Under the pieces are notes generated by a model. It saw only the letters and a program-made list of their open reading frames with translations, did not search any database and had not been told where the DNA came from. Positions 33,818-44,087 of a stretch of DNA of 60,464 bases are shown here, piece by piece. The stretch's first letter is position 1. Every line of letters begins with the position of its first letter. The stretch is from Chitinophaga pinensis (GTDB lineage: Bacteria; Bacteroidota; Bacteroidia; Chitinophagales; Chitinophagaceae): assembly GCA_943370345.1 (NCBI GenBank), contig CALRQQ020000001.1, positions 1 through 60,464 of the forward strand. The letters run 5' to 3'. The translations under genes were made by a program, and so were the position numbers.

Positions 33818-36800
33818 ATGAGTAAACTAAGACTGCTCTTGCTGGGATTTGTGCTTTTTTCGGCTCAGATTCTTTCAGCTCAGACCAGGGAAGTGACCGG
33901 TAAGGTTACTGATGCAAACGGGGCGCCACTGAATGGTGCTTCAATTAACGTTAAAAACTCCAGAGTTGGTACCGGTGCCGGTACTGACGGAACATTCAAA
34001 ATCAATGTTGCTCCCAACACGGTTTTGGTGATCAGCGCAGTGGGTTTTGAACAAAAAGAGGTGAATGTAGGTTCATCCACCACTATTGCGGTAAAGCTGG
34101 ATGCAGATGCACGTGCTTTGAGTGAAGTGGTAGTTACAGGTACCGGTGCGGCCACTACCAAAAGGAAGATGGCGATCGCTGTAGAAAGCGTAACTGCCGA
34201 CAAACTGCCTGCTGCCCCTACGGCTTCTATTGACCAGGCACTGGTTGGTAAGATCCCCGGTGCACAGATCAGTTCTGTAAACGGTAACCCCGGCCAGGGC
34301 GCACAGATCCTGCTGCGTGGTATCAATACCCTCCGTGCAGGTACCTATCCGATGGTACTGCTCGATGGTATCGAAGTAAAAGTAACCGACCTGAATTCAC
34401 TCGACCTTACTTCTGTTGAGCGTATAGAAGTAGTGCAAGGTGCGGCTGCCGCTACCATGTATGGTGCACAAGGTGCCAACGGCGTTATCCAGCTCTTCTC
34501 TAAAAAAGGAAGAAGCGGACGCGTACAGGTGGATATCTCTTCCAGCGTTGCCAGCAACTCGCTGCTGAATGTTGGTGGTATGCACAAAGCCTATTATCAT
34601 AGTCTTGAAACAGACGCCAGCGGAAACGTTTTAGGTGGTAGTGGTAACCCGCTTGTGTTCGACAACGATTACAGTCACTACGAAGAGAATGTGATCTGGA
34701 ACAGTCTTTCTGTGACCAACAACAATAATAAGAAGTACGATAAGAACCTGAAGTATTACGATCACTACAAGCAGTTCTTCCAGACTGCCCTGACGTATAA
34801 CAACTCTATTACGATCAGCGGTTCAAAAGATAAAATGGATTTCAATATTGCGGCTTCTAATTCCCGCCAGGAAAGCGTATTTACCGGTAATGGTAAATAT
34901 GAGCGTTCCAACTTTGTGTCCAACTTTGGTGTGGAACTGATGAAGAACCTGAAGTTCCGTTCAGTTACACAGCTGATCTACACCCATAATACACTGATGG
35001 ATGAAACAGGACGTACCACTTTCTACGCCCTGAACAACTCCCGTCCTTTTGCTGACTATGGATACAAGACTTCTGATGGCAGCTATGGTGCTTATTTTGG
35101 TGATGGTGTGGGTGTAAACGGTTTCAACCCGAATTACATGTTCCAGTATGGCCACCCCAACGACAACAAAGTGGATGTACTGCAGTCATTCAACCTGAAC
35201 TACAAATTCCTGAAATTCTTCGAAGCGGATGTGAAATATGGTCTGAACTATCAGAACCAGTCTATCCGTTATACGATCGATGCGCAGGATGATAATCTGA
35301 ATGCGGATTACTGGCAATACTGGCTGGAATATTATTCTCCCCGTTACAGTGCCGGTGCGCCCAACAGCCGTACCGAGACCGGTGAGATCAATGACCAGCT
35401 TTACCGCACCACTTTCCAGAACTTCCTGCCTTCAATGACCATACGGCTGGATCTGGATAAGGACTTCGGTTTAAAACTCCCGATCAAATCCACCACGTAT
35501 GGCGGATTCGACTATCGTAAAAATGTAAACAAAGCGTACCTGGCGTATGGTACTGATGCACCTTCCTTCCTGCCTTATACAGCAGAGAATATGATCAACT
35601 ACAAGATCGTGACCGACCGGACCACTCCGTTCATCACATATGGTTATGTATTTGATCAGAAATTCGATTATGGTGAGATCGGTGGTATCAGCGGCGGATT
35701 CAGAACGGATTATTCTTCTGCATTCGGCCGTGGTTCCAAGCCCTTCACATTCCCTCACTTCAATGGTTATTTCCGTGTATCCTCTCTCGGATTCTGGAAC
35801 AACAGCAAAGTGGGTAATGTGCTGAGTGAAGTGAAACTGCGTGGTGCATTCGGTAAGGCCGGTATCCAGCCTGGCCCCTTCAACCGTTACATCACCCTTT
35901 CTCCCAACTCAATGGGTGATAATGTGGCCTTCTCTTTCCCCACTACCAACCCCAATCCGGACCTGAGTGTGGAAGTTTCTTCTGAAACAGAGATCGGTAC
36001 AGATATCGCTATCAAAGGTTTCAAAGGAAACTGGGCCCGTACATTCAACTTCTCGTTCTCTTACTGGGACAGGAAGACCGATAACGCGATCTGGCCTACA
36101 GATGCCGCTCCTTCTACCGGTACCGGTAGTGTGATCGACAACGCTTTTGGACTGAAATCTAGTGGTGTACAGGCTTCATTGAATGTGGCCATGTATTCTT
36201 CTAAAAAACTGAACTGGAATTTCACCACCAACTTCGGCAGGCAGTCTTCTGAGATCTCTTTCGTGAAAGACAAACCGATCGTACTGATCTCCAATGCAGG
36301 TAGCTCTGGCTATGTGCTGGAAGCCGGCAAGAAGATCGGACAGTTGTTTGGTTACCTGATGCTGCACTCTGTAGACCAGGTAAATCCTGCAACCGGACAG
36401 CCTTATATCGCTGCAGCTGATCAGAAGGATTTTGCCGTGGCCAGCAATGGCTGGGTGGTATATGCCAATGCAGCAAAACCCAACTACAAGCAACCCTACG
36501 TTACACCTGACCAATACAGCTTTGGCGACCCCAACCCTAAGTTCAATATGTCCTTCATCAATGATGTGACTTTTGACGGTTGGATCAACTTCTCCATGCA
36601 GTGGGATTGGGTATATGGAAGCCATCTGTACAACCAGACCAAAGAGTGGATGTATCGTGATGGTATCCATGGTGACTATGACGATCAGATCACTATCAAT
36701 GGCGAGACCGGTGCATGGACCGCCTTCTACCGCGGTGTTTATGCCCAGGTATCCCGTAACGGTACAAAGAATTATTTCTATGAGAATGCCAGCTTCGGAC

Positions 36801-37033
36801 GTCTGCGTAACCTGTCAGCTGCATTCGACCTCGCCAAGTTCATCAAAGTGCCGGGCATCCGCAAGGCGCAACTGGTGTTCACCGGCCGCAATATCCTGAC
36901 CATTACAAAGTACACAGGTATGGATCCGGAGATCAGCTCTGGTTCACTGAACTCTTCCTGGGACCGTGGTGTGGATCACAACTCCATCCCCAACATCAAA
37001 TCTTACCAGGTAGGGCTTAACCTTGGCTTTTAA
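33818..37033 (+). CDS. susC: SusC/RagA family TonB-dependent outer membrane transporter
   Basis: N-terminal extension, LSEVVVTG, plug motif YGAQGANGVI, KYTGMDPE and C-terminal GLNLGF. Confidence 0.93.
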   Translation: MSKLRLLLLGFVLFSAQILSAQTREVTGKVTDANGAPLNGASINVKNSRVGTGAGTDGTFKINVAPNTVLVISAVGFEQKEVNVGSSTTIAVKLDADARALSEVVVTGTGAATTKRKMAIAVESVTADKLPAAPTASIDQALVGKIPGAQISSVNGNPGQGAQILLRGINTLRAGTYPMVLLDGIEVKVTDLNSLDLTSVERIEVVQGAAAATMYGAQGANGVIQLFSKKGRSGRVQVDISSSVASNSLLNVGGMHKAYYHSLETDASGNVLGGSGNPLVFDNDYSHYEENVIWNSLSVTNNNNKKYDKNLKYYDHYKQFFQTALTYNNSITISGSKDKMDFNIAASNSRQESVFTGNGKYERSNFVSNFGVELMKNLKFRSVTQLIYTHNTLMDETGRTTFYALNNSRPFADYGYKTSDGSYGAYFGDGVGVNGFNPNYMFQYGHPNDNKVDVLQSFNLNYKFLKFFEADVKYGLNYQNQSIRYTIDAQDDNLNADYWQYWLEYYSPRYSAGAPNSRTETGEINDQLYRTTFQNFLPSMTIRLDLDKDFGLKLPIKSTTYGGFDYRKNVNKAYLAYGTDAPSFLPYTAENMINYKIVTDRTTPFITYGYVFDQKFDYGEIGGISGGFRTDYSSAFGRGSKPFTFPHFNGYFRVSSLGFWNNSKVGNVLSEVKLRGAFGKAGIQPGPFNRYITLSPNSMGDNVAFSFPTTNPNPDLSVEVSSETEIGTDIAIKGFKGNWARTFNFSFSYWDRKTDNAIWPTDAAPSTGTGSVIDNAFGLKSSGVQASLNVAMYSSKKLNWNFTTNFGRQSSEISFVKDKPIVLISNAGSSGYVLEAGKKIGQLFGYLMLHSVDQVNPATGQPYIAAADQKDFAVASNGWVVYANAAKPNYKQPYVTPDQYSFGDPNPKFNMSFINDVTFDGWINFSMQWDWVYGSHLYNQTKEWMYRDGIHGDYDDQITINGETGAWTAFYRGVYAQVSRNGTKNYFYENASFGRLRNLSAAFDLAKFIKVPGIRKAQLVFTGRNILTITKYTGMDPEISSGSLNSSWDRGVDHNSIPNIKSYQVGLNLGF

Positions 37034-37047
37034 TTCTAAAAACTAAA

Positions 37048-38688
37048 ATGATTATGAAAAAAATATTTTTAATAGTTTCTGCATCCGCTCTGCTGATCTC
37101 AGGTTGTAAAAAGCAGCTGGATGTTAAGAACCCCAACGAACCGACGCCGTCCGCCTCTACGACGGAATCGGGGATCACAGCCCTTGCCACCGGCGGGGTA
37201 TATGTGAACGGATTTAAGAACCTGAAATACGGCGATGGTGTATTCGGACTGTTCTGGTCCGGTGCCATGGGCTTCCATGAACTTCTCGGCGATGTGATCG
37301 GTGCAGAAGCGGCCAACGCCTTCCTGAACCAGATCGGTTGTCCGGATAAAGTAACCCTGGATAACGCCTCTGTTGTGGTGAATCCCAATAACCCGAATAA
37401 GTGGACGACCTTTTTCCGTACGATCAATAAAAATGATCAGCAGGGATCCAACTTCGCTTATTACGAGTGGGCTTATATGTACAACATGATCTCCGCCTGT
37501 AACACGATCCTGGATATCATCCCGAACGTGACCTTTACCGGTAACACGGCCAGCAAAGTGGCCACCCTGAAAGCATGGGCCCATTTCTGGAAAGGATATG
37601 CCTACTCTCATATCGGTTCCATTTACTATGCAGGTATCATCAACAATACCGCCAGTGCCACCAATGGTAACTATGTGACCAAGGAAGCGATCATCACAGA
37701 AGCAACAGCACAACTGGATGCGGCTATTGCCGACCTCGGACAGGCCACCAGCACGGCAGATTATGATGCCATCATTGGTAAACTGATCCCTTCTTTCTGC
37801 CAGGCCGGTAAAGGGGCGCCTCCCACTACTGCCATGTGGATCCGTACGATCAATACACTGAAAGCACGGAATATCCTGGTGAACAAAACAACGGCAGCAA
37901 TGACAGCAGGTGACTGGACCAATATCCTGACCCTGACCAACAGCGGTCTTACTGCTACCGATAATATCTTCACCGGACGTACTACAGCTACCGGTGACTT
38001 CCTGCCTTCCTCAAACGGTTTCGTTTCTGCCCGTGTACAGAGCACTGCTCCCGGCGGTGGTGGTTACAAACTGAGTGAGCGCTGGGTACAGGATTTCAAA
38101 GCCGGCGACAAGCGCTATACACAGAACGTTAAGCAGGGTACAACCTGGATCGGTAATACCGACCGTGGTAATGCCTTTAATACCCGTTTCACACTCTACA
38201 ATGGTGGTAATAGCGTGGCAGGAGCCTATATCTATGCCAATACAGCCACTGGTGCTTTTGAACTTCCCCTGGCAACTACCTACGAAGAAAATGCACTGAT
38301 GAGAGCGGAAGCCCTGATCTATTCCAACCAGGTTGAAAACGGACTGCAACTGATCGATGCAGTTCGCACATACCTCGGAGCGGGCCTCGCCAATGTGGCC
38401 GGTACCGGTCTTACCCTCGCACAGGCAAAAGAAGAACTCCGTCGTGAAAGAAGGGTCGCCCTTGCTTTCCGTGGTCTTTCTTTCTATGATGCCCGTCGTT
38501 GGAAAGTAAGTGAGCCTGTATCTGCAGGTGGCGGCCGCACCGGTTGTGTGGTTGTATCCAACAGTGGTGGGGTGAATACCAATGCCACGATCGAATACGG
38601 TTATCTCGATTATTGGGATGTTCCCGATAATGAACTGGCCTATAACCCTCCGGCTGCAGGTTCTGCTCCCGTGGTTAACCCTAAATAA
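37048..38688 (+). CDS. susD: SusD/RagB family lipoprotein
   Basis: Lipobox ISGC, LMRAEA and ERRVALAFRG..FYD.RRW; directly after susC. Confidence 0.9.
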   Translation: MIMKKIFLIVSASALLISGCKKQLDVKNPNEPTPSASTTESGITALATGGVYVNGFKNLKYGDGVFGLFWSGAMGFHELLGDVIGAEAANAFLNQIGCPDKVTLDNASVVVNPNNPNKWTTFFRTINKNDQQGSNFAYYEWAYMYNMISACNTILDIIPNVTFTGNTASKVATLKAWAHFWKGYAYSHIGSIYYAGIINNTASATNGNYVTKEAIITEATAQLDAAIADLGQATSTADYDAIIGKLIPSFCQAGKGAPPTTAMWIRTINTLKARNILVNKTTAAMTAGDWTNILTLTNSGLTATDNIFTGRTTATGDFLPSSNGFVSARVQSTAPGGGGYKLSERWVQDFKAGDKRYTQNVKQGTTWIGNTDRGNAFNTRFTLYNGGNSVAGAYIYANTATGAFELPLATTYEENALMRAEALIYSNQVENGLQLIDAVRTYLGAGLANVAGTGLTLAQAKEELRRERRVALAFRGLSFYDARRWKVSEPVSAGGGRTGCVVVSNSGGVNTNATIEYGYLDYWDVPDNELAYNPPAAGSAPVVNPK

Positions 38689-38706
38689 TAAATACAACGT
38701 ATTTAT

Positions 38707-38742
38707 AAAAAAAGCCCTGGTTTAAATGACCAGGGCTTTTTT
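38707..38742 (+). terminator. Intrinsic terminator after susD
   Basis: AAAAAAAGCCCTGGT-loop-ACCAGGGCTTTTTT. Confidence 0.85.
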
Positions 38743-38769
38743 ATTCTGCCGTTAATCTGTAAATTTCAT

Positions 38770-39525
38770 ATGATGCAACTGAGATCACACCGCTTGTTGG
38801 TACTACTCCTGTTCTCCCTGCCGGCTTTTATAAATGCGCAGGGAGTCCGGCCCAAGAATGTGGCCCTTCCGGGGGTGCCAACACTCTCCAATAAATACGC
38901 CAATGAAATAAGTACCACTGATTTTAACGGACGACCCTTCAGGGTATATGAGCCGGATGCGGAAGGCTCTCCGTTTTTCAGGGATGAACTGCTCCATGCC
39001 CAATTGGTGCTGAGTAAGGGTACCGTTTATGAGCAGGTGTATGTACGGATCGATCTGCTGAACCAGGAACTGCAGCTGATGACTTCTCAGGGAAAACTGA
39101 TCGTGGCCGAGAACGGGCTGGTACATCAGGTAAATATCATCGATTCAGTTACCGGAGTTGTCCAATACCGGTTTATCAGCGGCTGCCCGCCCATTGACAA
39201 ACAGGATGGCAGCCATTTCTATAAACTGTTATCAGATGGCAAATTGAAACTGCTGTTTTATGACCGGCGGGAACTGGTGCAGGAAAAAAATGAAATGTCG
39301 GGGGAGATCAGGAAAGTTTATAAAGCCCGCACAGATTACTATATCCTCCAGGAGGGCGTGATACGCAAACTGAAACGCGATAAGGAATCCATCCTCGCCC
39401 TCATGGATGATCATAAGGAAGAAGTCAGCAAGTGGCTGAAAGACCGAAAAATGAACTACAGAAATAATGATATGCTGGCGGCACTCTTTGACTACTACAA
39501 TTCACTCAGCCCGAAATCCTTTTAA
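38770..39525 (+). CDS. Hypothetical exported protein
   Basis: Signal peptide, EGSPFF motif and C-terminal LFDYYNSL, resembling an uncharacterised Bacteroidota family. Confidence 0.7.
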   Translation: MMQLRSHRLLVLLLFSLPAFINAQGVRPKNVALPGVPTLSNKYANEISTTDFNGRPFRVYEPDAEGSPFFRDELLHAQLVLSKGTVYEQVYVRIDLLNQELQLMTSQGKLIVAENGLVHQVNIIDSVTGVVQYRFISGCPPIDKQDGSHFYKLLSDGKLKLLFYDRRELVQEKNEMSGEIRKVYKARTDYYILQEGVIRKLKRDKESILALMDDHKEEVSKWLKDRKMNYRNNDMLAALFDYYNSLSPKSF

Positions 39526-41075
39526 AGTTTGATCTCCTCATCATGCTTATCGAAGAATTTGTATTCGGTAAGATGATAGTTGCTGTCCTGCTCCAGTCTT
39601 GTCTTCTGTCCAAACTTGCGTTTCCATTTGGCCATCTTGGTATTCCAGGGCCAGCCTTTGGAAAGATAGGAGTAGAGGATCGGGTGTACCACCAGTTTAA
39701 GGTTGCCGTTCTTATGCGTGATGAGGTAACTGAGGTTCTTTTCAATTTCATCTTCCAGCAGCAGGGTAGAAGAGATCTTTCCGGTACCGTTACAGCTCGG
39801 GCAGACTTCCTGTGTGTTGATATTCACTTCCGGCTTCATCCGCTGGCGGGTGATCTGCATCAGTCCGAATTTGGAGATCGGCAGCACCGCGTGCTTGGCA
39901 CGGTCGGTACTCATGAACTCTTCCATTTTCTCCACCAGCCTCCGTTTGTTGTCCGGCAGCTTCATATCGATAAAGTCGACCACGATAATACCACCCAGGT
40001 CACGCAGGCGTAACTGACGGGCAATTTCTTCGGCTGCTTCCAGATTGGTCTCCAGGGCATTCTGCTCCTGGTTATTGCTGACACTTTTGTATCCGCTGTT
40101 GACATCTATCACATGCAGGGCTTCCGTATGCTCAATGATCACATAGGCGCCGCTGTTGAGATTAACGGTTTTGCCGAAAGAGGATTTTACCTGCTTGGTG
40201 ATCCCGAACGAGTCGAAGATCGTGGATCCGTTCTGGTAAAAAGATATGATATCCGCTTTATCCGGGGCGATCCGCTGAATATAGCTTTTGGTATCTGCAA
40301 AGATCGTTTTGTCATTGACCACGATCCGGTTGAAGTCCTCGTTCAGCAGATCACGCAGGATACTCGTGGTCTTGGTCTGTTCACTCAGGATCTTGGCGGG
40401 GGCCACGGCTCCTTTGAGGTTTTTCTGAATGGTCTCCCACATTTCCACCAATGCAGAAAGGTCTTCATGCAGTTCGGCCGTATTCTTGCCTTCGGCAGCT
40501 GTACGTACGATCACCCCGAAATTCTTTGACTTGATCGCTTCCACGATCTTCTGCAGACGCTTTCTTTCCTCGGAGGAATGGATCTTCCGGGATACCGCTA
40601 CTATATCATTGAAAGGAGTGAGTACAACGAAACGACCGGGCAGGGAAATTTCACAGCTCAGGCGGGGGCCTTTGGCCGCGATGGGTTCTTTAAGAATCTG
40701 AACGAGGATATGCGGTTTACCACCCAGTACCTCATTGATCTTCCCGGTCTTAACAATTTCCGGCTCAATAGTGAATTTGCCAAAATCAAGTCCCTGCTCT
40801 GATTTGTTGTTCATACACATAGTGGTGAACTTCAGGAGGGATTTGGCATAGGGACTCAGGTCGGTATAATGAAGGAAGGCGTCTTTTTCAAAACCCACAT
40901 CCACAAATGCCGCATTCAGTCCCGGAATCAGTTTCTTGACTTTTCCGAGATACAGGTCTCCCACGGCAAAACGTGCATCCGTTTTTTCGTTATGCAGTTC
41001 TACCAGCTTCTTGTCTTCCAGCAAGGCGATCTCAACGCCCTGGGGAGCCGCATTGATAATTAGTTCTTTGTTCAT
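39522..41075 (-). CDS. rng: Rne/Rng family ribonuclease
   Basis: S1 domain (GLNAAFVDVG), IDVNSG and LRDLGGIIVVDFIDM; CPSCNGTG zinc link. Confidence 0.93.
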   Translation of the reverse strand: MNKELIINAAPQGVEIALLEDKKLVELHNEKTDARFAVGDLYLGKVKKLIPGLNAAFVDVGFEKDAFLHYTDLSPYAKSLLKFTTMCMNNKSEQGLDFGKFTIEPEIVKTGKINEVLGGKPHILVQILKEPIAAKGPRLSCEISLPGRFVVLTPFNDIVAVSRKIHSSEERKRLQKIVEAIKSKNFGVIVRTAAEGKNTAELHEDLSALVEMWETIQKNLKGAVAPAKILSEQTKTTSILRDLLNEDFNRIVVNDKTIFADTKSYIQRIAPDKADIISFYQNGSTIFDSFGITKQVKSSFGKTVNLNSGAYVIIEHTEALHVIDVNSGYKSVSNNQEQNALETNLEAAEEIARQLRLRDLGGIIVVDFIDMKLPDNKRRLVEKMEEFMSTDRAKHAVLPISKFGLMQITRQRMKPEVNINTQEVCPSCNGTGKISSTLLLEDEIEKNLSYLITHKNGNLKLVVHPILYSYLSKGWPWNTKMAKWKRKFGQKTRLEQDSNYHLTEYKFFDKHDEEIKL

Positions 41076-41225
41076 TACAGCTTACATAAATGAAACACCT
41101 TAGTGCTGTAAACACCAGTTGCCAGGCATCCGTATGGAATGCGGGGTTGTACCTGTAGAAAATTTGCGGGTTAATGAGGGCGGGGTGCAAACGTATACGG
41201 CGAAACAACCGGTGAACTGAATTGA

Positions 41226-41311
41226 AAGTTAAAAAGGTTGAATAAGTTTAAAAGGTTTCAGAGGTTAGCGAACCTCTTGAACCTTTTAAACCTTTTAAAC
41301 CTCCAGAACTT
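41226..41311. repeat. Inverted nonamer arrays forming a long hairpin
   Basis: ARGTTnnnn x4.5 (41226-41266), loop AGCG, then AACCTnnnn x4.5 (41271-41311). Confidence 0.85.
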
Positions 41312-41405
41312 ACTTGTTCCTCTTCTTATGACGGTTCTTTCTCAGTCTTTTTTTACGCTTATGCGTCGCAATTTTATGACGCTTCCTTTTTTTACCACAA
41401 GGCAT
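41310..41405 (-). CDS. Small basic ribosomal protein bS22-like (AURKAIP1/COX24/mS38-type)
   Basis: Hand translation MPCGKKRKRHKIATHKRKKRLRKNRHKKRNK (31 aa); below the ORF-track cutoff. Confidence 0.82.
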   Translation of the reverse strand: MPCGKKRKRHKIATHKRKKRLRKNRHKKRNK

Positions 41406-41440
41406 AATCAAATGAATTTAAATACTTGTTTATAATAAGT

Positions 41441-42325
41441 TTACTTATCCTCTTTCTTCAGGTCTTCGATCCGTTGCTTCACGGCTGCTTTCACTTCCGG
41501 TTGGGGAAGCAGGGGCAGACTCTTTTCATACCAGCTGATGGCATTTTTGAATTCCTGTTTTCTTTCGTACAGATCAGCCATCAGCAGGTGTGCTTCCCAG
41601 TTGCGTGGCTGAAGCTTTATTACCATTTCTAAACGGCTGATCGCTTTATCGAATTGCCCGGAAAGCATGGACCCCTTTACCAGGGTCAGCTGCGCATATA
41701 CATTGGTGCTGTCTTTCTGTACCACTTCCCTGATCTTTGCAATACCTTCCATCGGATTAGAAGTAATATTGCCAAAAAGGTAGCAGGCACCGAGCCCAAC
41801 TTTAGCGGAATCATTATCCGGGTTGATCTTCAAAGAACGTTCAAACAAATCTTTGGCTTGCAATGCTTTCCACATCCTCCTGTTATCCAGTTGGTCGTTT
41901 TGCAGCTCATCCAAAAATAAGCGGGCTGCAAAGGTGAGGCTTTTTTCGGAATTTTCCAATCTTGCTCCTTCCGCTTCATACCAGGCATAGGGTTCAAAGA
42001 TCCGGGCTGTGTCTTTCCAGAAATGCGATAACTGGTGATACACATTGAGTTGCTGATTTTTAATATCACCCCGCGTAATACTGTTCTCCAGATTATTGAT
42101 CCGGATCAGTTGTTCGGGTTTCAGGCTTTTTTTGGCCTGATTCAATAAAGTATCAATGGAAAAGGTTGAGGCGGCAGGACCGTGGTCATGCCCATCATCT
42201 GCAGAATGCTGCTGATTATCAGTGGCTAATGTAGATTTTTGGGCAGGTGTGGTCCGCGCAAAAAAATAAATGGCTGCTGTAAGTGTAACGGCTATCGCGA
42301 GTGTGATCCATTGAGGTTTCTTCAC
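41441..42325 (-). CDS. Tetratricopeptide repeat protein
   Basis: N-terminal TM segment and TPR-like helices (SLKINPDND, KAISRLE, AISWYEKSL). Confidence 0.8.
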   Translation of the reverse strand: MKKPQWITLAIAVTLTAAIYFFARTTPAQKSTLATDNQQHSADDGHDHGPAASTFSIDTLLNQAKKSLKPEQLIRINNLENSITRGDIKNQQLNVYHQLSHFWKDTARIFEPYAWYEAEGARLENSEKSLTFAARLFLDELQNDQLDNRRMWKALQAKDLFERSLKINPDNDSAKVGLGACYLFGNITSNPMEGIAKIREVVQKDSTNVYAQLTLVKGSMLSGQFDKAISRLEMVIKLQPRNWEAHLLMADLYERKQEFKNAISWYEKSLPLLPQPEVKAAVKQRIEDLKKEDK

Positions 42326-42406
42326 AAATCAAAAATTTCAGGATGCAAAAGTACCTCAAACGCCCTGATATGCGGTTAATTGTGGAAGGATTATTTAGGA
42401 ATCAGC

Positions 42407-42727
42407 TTATTCCGCATCTTCCCCGGGACCTGCATCAGGTTTGGGCTCTTTCAGTTTCTTTACTTCTGCCACAAATTCTTTGGCAGGTTTGAACGCAGGT
42501 ATATAGTGCTCAGGGATATGAACAGCTATATTCTTTTTAATATTACGCCCGATCTTGGCAGCACGTTTCTTGGTAATGAAACTGCCAAAGCCACGGATAT
42601 AAATATTTTCGCCGGCAGCAAGGGTGTCCTTTACTTCCTTGAACATAGTTTCAAGAGTAACAAGCACATCTACCTTGGGTATGCCTGTTTTTTCAGAAAT
42701 CTGATTTACCAGGTCGGCTTTTCTCAT
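42407..42727 (-). CDS. HU/IHF family DNA-binding protein
   Basis: MRKADLV, IRGFGSF, GRNI and PAFKPAK. Start set at ATG 42727. Confidence 0.93.
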   Translation of the reverse strand: MRKADLVNQISEKTGIPKVDVLVTLETMFKEVKDTLAAGENIYIRGFGSFITKKRAAKIGRNIKKNIAVHIPEHYIPAFKPAKEFVAEVKKLKEPKPDAGPGEDAE

Positions 42728-42880
42728 TTTTGATGGGTTTAATTGGTTTAACGAGACCAATTTAGAACAAAATTAGATGATAGTCAACTAAATAGAAATA
42801 TTTTTTTTCGCCCAATCCCGGGAATTTTCTCAAAATCCCGGATATTTAACCCCCAAAACCAGCGAAAGACCTCATTTTTC

Positions 42881-43966
42881 ATGTTTACACCCCCCTCATC
42901 TGCCCAAAAAGCCGCCTTTACCCGGGGGCTGCTCCAATGGAACCTGGAGCAAAATTCCCGTCAGATGCCCTGGAAGGGGGAAAAAGACCCATACCGGATC
43001 TGGATCAGTGAGATCATCCTGCAACAAACCCGCGTGGAACAGGGACTTTCCTATTACAACAATTTTATACGGACATTTCCTGCTATTCAGCAGCTGGCCA
43101 AGGCCCCGGATGAAAAAGTATTCAAGTGCTGGGAAGGACTCGGCTATTATTCAAGATGCAGAAACCTGCTGGCTACAGCCCGGTTGATTGTAAAAGAATA
43201 CAATGGCCACTTCCCCGATACCTATGAGCAGATCCTGCAACTGAAAGGGGTGGGACCTTATACCGCAGCAGCTATTTCCTCCTTTGCCTTTCAATTACCT
43301 CATGCTGTAGTGGATGGAAATGTGTTCCGCGTATTGAGCCGTTATTTTGGTATTGATCAATCAACTGATTCAACGGAAGGAAAGAAACTGTTCACCGCAC
43401 TGGCCCAGGAATTACTCGACCCCAGGCAACCCGGTCCCTATAATCAGGCGATCATGGATTTTGGTGCGGTGATCTGTAAACCCGCCGCACCTTTATGCAA
43501 GAGCTGTGTATTCCGGAAAAAATGTGTGGCCCTGAAGGAAAACAAAGTGGACCAGTTGCCGGTCAAACAAAAAAAGAACCGGATTCGTGAACGCTGGTTC
43601 AACTATTTTGTATTGACACATAAGGATCAGATCGCTGTACAACAACGGGTAGCGAAAGATATCTGGCAGGACCTGTATGAATTTCCGTTGATCGAAACAG
43701 CGAAACCGGTGACCCCTGAAAGCCTGATGAAAAAGGCGGACCTGAAAAAATGGATAGGCGATGCCGTTATCCTGCAAACCCGGACAGCCATATCGGCCCG
43801 TCAGTTATTGTCGCACCAGCTGGTACACGGACAGTTTATCACTTTACAACTGGATCGTAAACCGGCCGGCCAGGCAGACTGGGTGTGGGTGAGTAAGAAG
43901 AAGCTGAAGGCCTATTCATTTCCCGGACTGATCAATCAGTACCTGGATGTACACCTCAGGGGCTGA
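42881..43966 (+). CDS. mutY: A/G-specific adenine glycosylase
   Basis: WISEIILQQTRV, WEGLGYYSR, HhH LKGVGPYTA, VDGNVFRV and the Fe-S Cys cluster. Confidence 0.95.
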   Translation: MFTPPSSAQKAAFTRGLLQWNLEQNSRQMPWKGEKDPYRIWISEIILQQTRVEQGLSYYNNFIRTFPAIQQLAKAPDEKVFKCWEGLGYYSRCRNLLATARLIVKEYNGHFPDTYEQILQLKGVGPYTAAAISSFAFQLPHAVVDGNVFRVLSRYFGIDQSTDSTEGKKLFTALAQELLDPRQPGPYNQAIMDFGAVICKPAAPLCKSCVFRKKCVALKENKVDQLPVKQKKNRIRERWFNYFVLTHKDQIAVQQRVAKDIWQDLYEFPLIETAKPVTPESLMKKADLKKWIGDAVILQTRTAISARQLLSHQLVHGQFITLQLDRKPAGQADWVWVSKKKLKAYSFPGLINQYLDVHLRG

Positions 43967-44087
43967 TGTGAAACCCCTTGTTAAAAACACGGAATTGCAC
44001 CCTTTTTTGTTGTTTCCGCTGAAAAAAGGATTTAACTTTAAGACGATTGCAGCCCCTGGATGAATTTATAACCTAAAGAATAAACCT

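Noticed and set aside
41238-41435. 65-aa + strand ORF with NLL repeats
   Set aside because: It is the translation of the nonamer array and lies antisense to the bS22-like gene.
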